The position numbers and the translations under genes are program-made. From Candidatus Electrothrix sp. GW3-4 (GTDB taxonomy: Bacteria > Desulfobacterota > Desulfobulbia > Desulfobulbales > Desulfobulbaceae), in assembly GCF_037902255.1 (NCBI RefSeq), contig NZ_CP147990.1:1650001-1682000 (forward strand): DNA of 32,000 bases. Reading direction: 5' to 3'. The notes beneath the pieces were generated by a model that saw only the letters and a list, made by a program, of their open reading frames with translations, was not told where the DNA came from and ran no database searches. Positions within the stretch are counted from its first letter, which is position 1. Every line of letters begins with the position of its first letter. Positions 16,744-24,538 of this stretch are shown here, piece by piece.

Positions 16744-18492
16744 CCCACATTCCGCACGTTGACACATAAAAAAATATTTTATAACCTGCTGCCTCAAAAA
16801 GACATTTAATAAATCAACCAGGCAGCAGGTATGGAAAACAACACAACGATTTTACCACAGGAATGCTCAAGTAAACTCCTCAATCACTTGGGCCTAGTCG
16901 CGGGTATGTATGACGAACTCGGACTTGGGGAGCTGATTGACAGTCTGATTCATCAGGATAAAGAAAAGCGAGTTGTCTCAGTTGGTCAGGCAGTTAAGGC
17001 AATGGTTCTTAACGGGTTGGGCTTTGCGAATCGGGCATTGTATCTGACCCCGCATTTTTTCCAGGATAAACCGGTAGATCGACTCATCGGAGAAGGCATT
17101 GAGGCCCAGCACCTGAACGATACTGTTTTGGGCCGGGCCTTAGAAGTGATTTACGAGCATAATCCCGAAGAGTTATATTCGCAGCTTGCAGCTAGGGCAA
17201 TTGGTCGTCTAGGGCTGCTGGCACGTTTTGGTCACTTGGATTCAACGAGTTTTCATACCGACGGTCGCTATCCAGCCAACGGATCAGAAGAGGAAGAAGG
17301 TGTTATTCGGATCACAAAAGGCTACAGCCGTGATCATCGTCCGGATCTGAACCAGATCGTGTTGCAGCTCATTTGCGAACGACAGGCTGGCATCCCGCTT
17401 CTGATGAAGCCGTTAAGTGGTAACAGTAGCGATAAAACAGATTTTCGGAAAACAGTGCAAGCGCATATTGATCAGATGAAAAACGATTTCAGCCTGGAAT
17501 ATCTGGTTGCGGATAGTGCGCTCTATACAGCGCAAACATTAAAAGAACTGAGCATGATATTGTGGATTTCCCGTGTACCGGAGACATTGAATCTGTCCCA
17601 GGAGATCATCCATGAAGTAGCTTCAAATCTGATGCAGGATCCTGAAAAAGCAGCATCTCGCAGTCTCGGGGTAGTTTATGGCGATGTCAGGCAGCGCTGG
17701 TTGGTTGTCTATTCGCCTGAAGCATATCAACGGGGACGCAAGACCGTAAACAAAAAATGCCTCAAGCTGAGCACAAATGAATCCAAGCAATTCGATAAAT
17801 TGTGCAAACAGGATTTTGCCTGCGAGGCCGATGCATTGAAAGCACTGTCCCGTTTTGAAAAAAGCTGAAAATACTCTCAATTCATGACGCTCGTGTTGTT
17901 GCTTTACCTCGCCATAAGGGCAAAGGACGGCCAGCCAAGGGCAAGAAACCGGACTTTTATGTTTACCGCATTGAAGGCAACCCAGCCTCCCTGCTTCAGG
18001 AGAGAACCCGATTGTTGGAACGAAAAAGCTGTTTTATTCTTGCAACGAATCAGTTGGACTGCGAAGAATTGTCCGACGAGGAACTCTTGAAAGTGTACAA
18101 AGATCAGCAAAAGGTTGAACGGGGTTTTCGTTTCCTCAAAGATCCTATGTTTATGGCTTCAACGCTTTTTTTAAAATCCCGAAAACGTATCATGGCCCTG
18201 ATGATGGTTATGACGCTTTGCCTCCTGGTGTACGCCGCGTTGGAATATCGCATCAGACAAGCGCTCGAAATAAATAATGAAACATTTCCCAACCAGAAAG
18301 GAAAACCTGCCCCTAACCCTACTGCTCGTTGGGTATTTCAGTTTTTTTCAGGAATTCACCTGCTGCTTGTCGGCGGAATGCAACAGCTGGTCCTGAATTT
18401 AAATGAACATCATTTGCGTCTGCTGAAGCTGTTGGGTGGGAGATATGAAAAATTATATTCTGGAAATGGATAGAGGGTATGCTGAATGTGGG
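16744..18492 (+). mobile_element. IS1634-like (IS4-superfamily) insertion sequence, 1749 bp, 6-bp target duplication
   Basis: TCCCAT lies at 16738-16743 and 18493-18498. The termini are CCCACATTCCGCA and the reverse complement of the right end, CCCACATTCAGCA (12 of 13 match). The transposase N-terminus (LNHLGLVAGMYDELGLGELID...) resembles IS1634-family proteins from memory. Confidence 0.75.
16831..18473 (+). pseudogene. IS1634-like transposase, reading frame broken by a -1 shift at GAAAAAAG (17857-17864)
   Basis: Track ORFs 16831..17868 and 18012..18473. The second frame is open from 17859 (KKLKILSIHDARVVALPRHKGKGRPAKGKKPDFYVYRIEG...) and continues the protein colinearly. The combined length of about 548 aa fits a single-ORF transposase. 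Confidence 0.7.
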
Positions 18493-18705
18493 TCCCATGT
18501 TTTCAATCAGACAATATTGCCTGTGAGCAGGTGGATTGCTGCTGGAGAGGCGATTGTTTGCCAGCAGGGAGCCAGTTAGCATGTGACTGTTCAGATGAAT
18601 GATGAAGAGGATGAGAATAAAGAGCACATCTACTTAATGGAACAAGGAGTAGAAGCGCAGTCTGCGCTGAAAGAGTAAGTAAATAAAAAAAACGAGGTGT
18701 TTGTT

Positions 18706-18903
18706 ATGTCAGAAAAAGTAATTCTTGATCAGGAAGAATGCATTGGCTGTGAAACCTGTGTTGAAATGTGCCCCTCAGTTTTTTCATTTGATGACGCTGA
18801 AGGGAAGGCATATGTTAATGAAGATGCAGATGCAGATGCAGGAGAGGAGTGCGTTGAAGAGGCGATTGCTTCATGTCCAGCAGAGTGTATTACTACGGAG
18901 TAA
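18706..18903 (+). CDS. Small single-cluster ferredoxin (65 aa)
   Basis: MSEKVILDQEECIGCETCVEMCPSVF...ASCPAECI has a CxxCxxC...CP pattern. GAGGTG lies upstream of ATG 18706. The track start at 18697 is a GTG three codons upstream. Confidence 0.8.
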   Translation: MSEKVILDQEECIGCETCVEMCPSVFSFDDAEGKAYVNEDADADAGEECVEEAIASCPAECITTE

Positions 18904-18911
18904 ATTATGGA

Positions 18912-18955
18912 GAGGAGTATCATGAAGAAGTGATGCTCCTCAACTTTATTTAATC
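18912..18955. terminator. Hairpin between convergent ferredoxin and SDR genes (possible bidirectional terminator)
   Basis: GAGGAGTATC (18912-18921) pairs with GATGCTCCTC (18932-18941): 10 bp including one G-U. It is followed by AACTTTATTTAATC. Confidence 0.45.
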
Positions 18956-18990
18956 GATAGATTATCAATTGCAGGGGCCATGGCAAGTTT

Positions 18991-19926
18991 TCAGACGCTG
19001 TACCCCACCTCTCTGTCTAATCTCCTGGTAAGCTCGTTCGAGTATTTCCACCCCAGGCTCTCAGTGTTTTCCCGGGCCCAGTCGGTTAACTTGGTTGTAC
19101 CGGTCGGAGGCGTATCAACATAGAGTAAATTGGTCATGAGACCTTCTATTTCATCGCGGGTAATCAGGACATCGTTAAGGAATTTTCCCGCAACCCAGCC
19201 CGTCCAATGACCGATCGCTGGCGGAACAGAGAGGATAGGGCGGCGTTTCCCGATAATCTCGGCAACGCTCTCAAGCAGCTCGCGATAGGTAAAGGTTTCA
19301 GGTCCTATGGCATTGATAACGGCATTCTCGGTTTTCTTCCCCTGCTGCACAGCAAGTTCTGCCAGATCATCCACATAGATGGGTTGCAATTTATAGTCTC
19401 CGTTACCGAAAACCATTGAGAACGGGATATGACGAACTACCCAGGCAATATTATTAATCAAAATATCCTCTTTTCCAAAAAGGACCCCTGGCCTGAGCAT
19501 GGCATAGGATAACCCGCTATTCATCAGGGTCTGCTCCAGCCGGGCCTTACCGCTGAAATATTCCAGAGGAGAATCCGAGGACGGATTGGTGATACTGACA
19601 TGGACGATTCTTTGCACACCTGCTTCTTTTGCCGCCTTGAACAGGGTTTCCGTGTTGCGGACCGCCTCGGCAAAGGTGAAGTTTTTGTGATTGAAACGTA
19701 CCCAGTAGGTATTATAGAGCACAGAAACTCCGCGCAGGCTTTCGGTCAACTTTTCCGGCTCATCAAAGTGAAAGGGATAGGCTTTGATCCGGTCTCTAAA
19801 GGGATTCTTTCGCTGCCAGGAATTGGTGATGGTTATGACATCATGGCCTTCATTAAGTAACTTCCTGGCTATGCTTTTGCCGGAATAACCGAAGGCGCCT
19901 GTCACTGCGTGGAGTTCTTTTTTCAT
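18991..19926 (-). CDS. NAD(P)-binding SDR / epimerase-dehydratase-like protein
   Basis: Start set at ATG 19926: MKKELHAVTGAFGYSGKSIARKLLNEGHDVITITNS (a TGxxGxxG Rossmann motif). 311 aa. Confidence 0.75.
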   Translation of the reverse strand: MKKELHAVTGAFGYSGKSIARKLLNEGHDVITITNSWQRKNPFRDRIKAYPFHFDEPEKLTESLRGVSVLYNTYWVRFNHKNFTFAEAVRNTETLFKAAKEAGVQRIVHVSITNPSSDSPLEYFSGKARLEQTLMNSGLSYAMLRPGVLFGKEDILINNIAWVVRHIPFSMVFGNGDYKLQPIYVDDLAELAVQQGKKTENAVINAIGPETFTYRELLESVAEIIGKRRPILSVPPAIGHWTGWVAGKFLNDVLITRDEIEGLMTNLLYVDTPPTGTTKLTDWARENTESLGWKYSNELTRRLDREVGYSV

Positions 19927-20125
19927 GGTTTGCCTCGCGTGGGAAAAATACAAAGTAGGTGTTGTGGGCTACTCAGCGTTGCGTCAGAGTGCCTGTCTCT
20001 GCTTGTCAGAATACAGGCTGTTGAAAAGATGAGTAGACGACATATATAGATACGAATCCGGTGCCTGGTCGGAACGTATACCCGATGTCTATAGAGATCT
20101 ATACAGAAAAGCTCGCTAAAATAAG

Positions 20126-20160
20126 TTTATATGAAAGACCGGCTTTCATGTTTTGTTGTC
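20126..20160 (+). terminator. Hairpin + GTTTTGTTGT tail on the plus strand; homologous to the 1659-1719 module
   Basis: TTTATATGAAAG-ACCGG-CTTTCATGTTTTGTTGTC. The stem ATGAAAG/CTTTCAT is 7 bp. On the minus strand it lies about 50 nt downstream of the XRE gene stop (20209), so it may act bidirectionally. Confidence 0.45.
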
Positions 20161-20208
20161 TCGACCGCTGGACCGCGATAGAGGGAAATTGAGGTGCTGG
20201 AAAAGAAG

Positions 20209-20790
20209 CTATGCGGAGGGTGGAGATGGAGCAGCCTTGTTTGCAGAGATGACCCTGCCAGGATGGACATCGGTAAGTAACCTGTTCAGCGGGCCTGTTT
20301 CTTGATCGAAATACTGATGGGGCGGTGAGGGGGCCTGTTCAGCCGTTTTGAGCGGGACCCTCTGCCAATGGTTTTTTGACGAAGAGATTTTTATGATGAG
20401 TCCTTCATCTTTCAGCTGAATGATAATATGAGGGGGATTGATGATAAGGTACAGGACGATAGTAAGGAAGATAAAGAGAAGCAAAGCGGGCAGCACCCAT
20501 GTCGTCCAAATGGGCTTGCCCTTTTTTTCTCCTCCCTCTTGCTCTGTACTTTTCGGCAAAGGGTTGCTGATTTCTTCAATTGTCACCTCAAAGATAGCAG
20601 CAAGTTTTTGGGCATTTTCTAACATGATATTGGGAGAACGATTATTTTCCCACCGGGAAACCGTATCAACAGTAACCCCCAAGACCTCGGAGATGTACAG
20701 CTGGGTCAGGCTGTTGGCGTTTCTCAGCTCTTTAATCTTTGGGCCGTTGATGGCTATGGTGGTCTGTGATGATATACTCTGTCTGTTCAT
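20209..20790 (-). CDS. Membrane-anchored XRE-family HTH regulator
   Basis: N-terminal HTH_3-like sequence: IKELRNANSLTQLYISEVLGVTVDTVSRWENNRSPNIMLENAQKLAAIF. One TM segment (WTTWVLPALLLFIFLTIVLYLII) is followed by an ~80-aa C-terminal extracytoplasmic region of unknown type. Confidence 0.7.
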   Translation of the reverse strand: MNRQSISSQTTIAINGPKIKELRNANSLTQLYISEVLGVTVDTVSRWENNRSPNIMLENAQKLAAIFEVTIEEISNPLPKSTEQEGGEKKGKPIWTTWVLPALLLFIFLTIVLYLIINPPHIIIQLKDEGLIIKISSSKNHWQRVPLKTAEQAPSPPHQYFDQETGPLNRLLTDVHPGRVISANKAAPSPPSA

Positions 20791-20849
20791 AACCCTGGAG
20801 GAAATCTATCCGTATCTCTGTCTGCTTGAGTTTCAGTGCTTGCTGCCGT

Positions 20850-21488
20850 TTACAAATTCTCTGCCAGCTCGTTTTTTTGGGGAACCAGTCTGCTAAAAAT
20901 CAGGTAATTAATCAAGGCGAAAGGTCCCCAAAAAAGAGATCCCATAGTAGCAAATAAACCACTTGCAATTAAGGCTGTTAATATTATCTTGTCGCCCCCT
21001 CCTGATGAACCACCAATTAAGATAATAAAAACGAACATCCAAAAGTAAGAGATCGGAATTCCATATGCAATTATAATCGAGCTGACGATTCTTTTGATTT
21101 TACCCTGTTCTTTTAAAAAATAACGTGCATTTATTGTCAATAAACATATGGAGATAAAGGATATTGACGTCAATCCCATCATGATGACAAAAATATGATG
21201 AGCAAAAAAATCAATGTGATGAGCAGGAACGTTTGGCTGCAAAATCACTCTGAAGACGATGAGATTGCCAAAAAGCAAATTGACGAATATTGCCAGCAAT
21301 AATAAACAACGATTTCTTTCTATCATTTCCAACGGACCTCGTATCCAGATACGCCGACAAGATGAATAGCTTTGCATAATGCCATGCAGTATATGGTTGG
21401 CTTCTTCCTGTTTGTACAATAAAAAGTCGAATGAAAATGTTTTCTCCCTCTCTTTCAAGGCCAAGAAGAAAGACGGGTCATCCTGCAA
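20850..21488 (-). CDS. Hypothetical 4-TM membrane protein in AT-rich DNA
   Basis: 212-aa ORF with a TTG start, so the true start is uncertain. About four hydrophobic segments and a GGSSGGGD loop. I recognise no family. It is on the same strand as, and 59 bp upstream of, the XRE gene. Confidence 0.5.
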   Translation of the reverse strand: MQDDPSFFLALKEREKTFSFDFLLYKQEEANHILHGIMQSYSSCRRIWIRGPLEMIERNRCLLLLAIFVNLLFGNLIVFRVILQPNVPAHHIDFFAHHIFVIMMGLTSISFISICLLTINARYFLKEQGKIKRIVSSIIIAYGIPISYFWMFVFIILIGGSSGGGDKIILTALIASGLFATMGSLFWGPFALINYLIFSRLVPQKNELAENL

Positions 21489-22001
21489 TGAAGATGATTT
21501 TTTTTCACCTGATAAACATACCAGGCAACTGCTTGCTTTTCAATGGTAATCAGTCCTGCTCACCATTCTCAGTTACGGATTAAGCTTTATTCATTTTGAC
21601 CGCTCAAACTCGATGATCCATTTTTTAATTGTTTGCTTTTAAAGCTTTGATTTTTCATGGTATTTCCCGAGGACACATTTGGCGTTCTTTTGGGCACTCG
21701 CATAGCCAGAAAGTGCCAGGAAAACTTAATATGCTTATTTTGCTGAATATTTAGAGATAGTCCTTGCTAGATAATTCTTTTAAATTCAGTCAAGTATAAA
21801 AAAACTGGCTCATCGAGTTAAAGGACCGTGGCCGTCGTCCTCCCTCAAGTGATGTTTTGAAGACAGACAAAGTAGAATTGTCAAAAGTTTTGGCAATAAA
21901 TATTACTCTCTATTGGTACAGGCTGTTGATTACAGTTAAGAAATTTAACATCTTGTTCAAGGTGCATTAATCATTAATTTGCTTGTTCTGAAAACGGCCT
22001 C

Positions 22002-22440
22002 TTGTCTTGTTGCTCACCGGGGTACGTTTCACAGGGGATGATGAACAATATGTCGACTCATTTGATTTTTTTTACAGAAGAAGATAAAATCCACCGACGG
22101 GTGACAGTACGGAGGTATTACACGTCCGATGCTCTCGAAGGCATTTCGGAGGCGAGCAAATGGAGGATTTCCGACGATAGCCATGGTGGAATGCGAAAAC
22201 GAGAGGGACGGAAAACATTCCCACGAACTCCGATGTTATATCGGAAGCATTCAGAATAATGCTAAAGTTTTTGCCAAAGCGGTTAGAAGTCACTGGAAAA
22301 TAGAAAACGAACTCCATTGGGTTCTGGACATGTCCTTCCGCGAAGATGAATCAAGAATCATCGCCAGATAGCGGCAGCAGAATAATTTGCGGTCGTTGAC
22401 TTTGCTCAGAGCGGAGCCGAAGGGCAAAAAAACAAAATCA
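22002..22440 (+). pseudogene. ISAs1-family (H-repeat/YhhI-like) transposase remnant: C-terminal part only, with a frameshift and an in-frame stop
   Basis: Fragments are ...EEDKIHRRVTVRRYYTSDALEGISEASKW / (frame change) FPTIAMVECENERDGKHSHELRCYIGSIQNNAKVFAKAVRSHWKIENELHWVLDMSFREDESRIIAR* and then RQQNNLRSLTLLRAEPKGKKTKS. VRxHWxIENxLHWxLDxxFxED is the ISAs1 C-terminal signature. No N-terminal half and no IRs were found. The 5' boundary is approximate. Confidence 0.7.
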
Positions 22441-22968
22441 CTGTCCGCCGCGCACCAGACGGACTGCGTAGTGGTAGTAGTTACGGGTGCTGAAACCGGA
22501 ATCGCCGCTGCTGAAATTGACGAACCACGCGACGTCCGAGTTGTACGCATGCGGCGACCCGGACCAGTACCGAGACGATAGAGTATTCGGAAAAGCCTGC
22601 TGGTTGATGGTTGGTCGTTCAGAACCCTTGTGGCACCCTCCGCTCTTTTTGTTTCGCACTCCCTTGCTGCAATAGACCAAGGTTTTCTGTTCATCAATGG
22701 TCGGCAGCCGCCAATCTTTATAGCCTGCATATTCAATAAGTTTGAAATGTTCAACCGCCTTATTCCAAGTATATCCTTTCACCTTTCCCTCTTCACAATT
22801 CACCCCGGACAAACCTTCTGGGCAGCGTTTCCACATCAGGCCAGTTTCTCTATCAGTTATCGTGCCATCGTGGTTGTCAATCTTTGAGGCGCAAAGTCCA
22901 GTATGGCACCATAGAAGTCCTGTCAGTACAACTGTCATCGTCATGCAGCTTTTTCTCATGGCTCTCAT
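22438..22968 (-). CDS. Secreted single-domain DUF1566 (Lcl C-terminal-like) protein
   Basis: Start set at ATG 22968 (MRAMRKSCMTMTVVLTGLLWCHTGLCAS, signal-peptide-like). Contains TGLMWKRC, YKDWRLPT, YWSGS, VAWFVNF and AVRLVRG. The upstream 63 codons of the track ORF are probably not translated. Confidence 0.7.
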   Translation of the reverse strand: MRAMRKSCMTMTVVLTGLLWCHTGLCASKIDNHDGTITDRETGLMWKRCPEGLSGVNCEEGKVKGYTWNKAVEHFKLIEYAGYKDWRLPTIDEQKTLVYCSKGVRNKKSGGCHKGSERPTINQQAFPNTLSSRYWSGSPHAYNSDVAWFVNFSSGDSGFSTRNYYHYAVRLVRGGQ

Positions 22969-23016
22969 CTCGTTCGTTTTTTCAAGAAGCAAATAAATAC
23001 CTGACCAAATATAATC

Positions 23017-23146
23017 GGGCTTGGTTCTAAGTTCGGCCACCCTGCCGAAACAACATCCGCACCTGCTTGCATCTCGCTGATCTTGTGTTATTCTGCGTTG
23101 GGTGTCAACCAAAGGAATAAATTTGGCCGAAGTTAGAACCAAGCCC
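23017..23146. repeat. 130-bp element with 22-bp terminal inverted repeats (MITE-like or long hairpin)
   Basis: GGGCTTGGTTCTAAGTTCGGCC (23017-23038) against GGCCGAAGTTAGAACCAAGCCC (23125-23146): 21 of 22 positions are complementary, separated by an 86-nt spacer. Confidence 0.6.
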
Positions 23147-23608
23147 AAGATACTCAATAATCATCCGCAGATCAAGGAGGGTTTCATGGAGTTCTCCGGG
23201 CGAATGCTTCCCGGTGATCATCAGAAAAATTGCGCCAGCCTGCTGAAAAGCTCTGTCTTGTCTTTTTTAAGCAAGGAAAGTTGTTAAGCAACTCCCTGCT
23301 TTTCAATGCTCATCAAAGGACGTTCTCATGACCGAAGAATGTCCTGAATAAAAAAAACTCTTTCTCCCCCTTGACTTTTTCAAGATTGTTTTTATTGTTT
23401 TGTGCGGTTGATTTTCTTGCTGGAAACTCTGTGAAAACAGAGAGATACTCCCGGCTCTGGTCGGACAAGCGCACGAGGTTTTCTTATACTGCCCTGCGTC
23501 CTGCCCTGTCTCCATCTGCCCCGATCTTCCCTGTTTTTCCTCTTTTCCGGCAAGTGTTGTTCTTGTTCGTTTATTGTTTTTTTCAATTCAGGACATGGAG
23601 TTGTACAC

Positions 23609-24538
23609 ATGATCAAAGTTGAACACCTCACCAGAAAGTATGGAGACTTTACAGCGGTCGATAAGGTCTCGTTTGCCATCGGCCAGGGCGAAATTGTCGG
23701 TCTGCTCGGGCATAACGGTGCTGGCAAGACCACCATCATGAAGATGATGACCGGTTATCTTGAGCCGACCGAGGGAAATATTACCATCGACGGACTGGAC
23801 ATCAGTAAGGATCGCCGCAAGATCCAGAAAAAGATCGGATATCTCCCGGAAAACTGTCCGGTCTATCCCGAGATGACCGTGTTGGACTACCTGGAGTACA
23901 GTGCGACCCTGCATGGGATTGCCCAGCAGGACCGCCCAGCCCTGATCCGGGAGGCCGTGGCCCGAACCGCCCTGGAGGCAAAGGCGAGCAAGCAGCTCGC
24001 TACCCTTTCCCGGGGGTATCGGCAACGGACCGGGGTGGCCCAGGCCATCCTCCATAAGCCGGATATCCTGATTCTGGATGAGCCCACCAACGGACTTGAT
24101 CCCACCCAGATTCAACATATGCGGACCTTAATTGCCGAATTGGCCCGGACCACTACAGTCATTATATCCACCCATATTCTGCAGGAGGTTCAGGCCATCT
24201 GTGACCGGGTGATCATTATTAAGGACGGCGCTATGGCCCTGGATGCCCAGGTAGATGGCTTGCAACAGAGCTCGAAACTTCTCATCAGTACGGACGCAGA
24301 GGCGGACTCTGCTTTGGAGTTGTTTCAATCCTTTTCCCATGTGGCCTCTGCCACAGCCATCAGGGACCAGCAATTCGAGCTGAAACTGAATGCGGATGCA
24401 GATGGCAAGGCAACAGCAGCGGCTCTGGCTAAGGGGATTCACGACCAGGATTGGCAGCTCTTTGCCCTCCATTTTGAGTCCCGCAATCTGGAAACGGTCT
24501 TTGCCGAGATCAGTGAACGAGGAGGTGTCGCATCATGA
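23609..24538 (+). CDS. ABC transporter ATP-binding protein (ABC-2/GldA-like)
   Basis: Walker A GHNGAGKTT, signature LSRGYRQR, Walker B ILILDEPTNGLD. The stop overlaps the next start (ATGA). Confidence 0.9.
   Translation: MIKVEHLTRKYGDFTAVDKVSFAIGQGEIVGLLGHNGAGKTTIMKMMTGYLEPTEGNITIDGLDISKDRRKIQKKIGYLPENCPVYPEMTVLDYLEYSATLHGIAQQDRPALIREAVARTALEAKASKQLATLSRGYRQRTGVAQAILHKPDILILDEPTNGLDPTQIQHMRTLIAELARTTTVIISTHILQEVQAICDRVIIIKDGAMALDAQVDGLQQSSKLLISTDAEADSALELFQSFSHVASATAIRDQQFELKLNADADGKATAAALAKGIHDQDWQLFALHFESRNLETVFAEISERGGVAS

Larger units (their letters stand above)
16632..18602 (+). pseudogene. Small SAP/Rho_N-like + Cys-rich protein gene split by an IS1634-like element
   Basis: The 5' part (16632-16743) encodes MNIKNVKKKASEMGVDAGKMNKIDLVHTIQIEEGNFP. 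The 3' part (18499-18602) encodes CFQSDNIACEQVDCCWRGDCLPAGSQLACDCSDE*. Removing the IS plus one TSD copy joins them in frame (cca t|gt ttt) to a 71-aa, 7-Cys protein. Confidence 0.75.

Noticed and set aside
18595-18678. 27-codon ORF MNDEEDENKEHIYLMEQGVEAQSALKE between the Cys-rich gene and the ferredoxin gene
   Set aside because: It has no convincing ribosome-binding site, it overlaps the stop region of the Cys-rich gene, and I recognise no homology.
20438-20896. 152-aa plus-strand ORF
   Set aside because: It is antisense to the XRE-HTH gene, whose HTH motif is clear on the minus strand.
22290-22754. 154-aa minus-strand ORF and 22387-22581 plus-strand ORF
   Set aside because: These are out-of-frame overlaps of the DUF1566 gene and the ISAs1 remnant. 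The recognisable motifs lie in the other frames.
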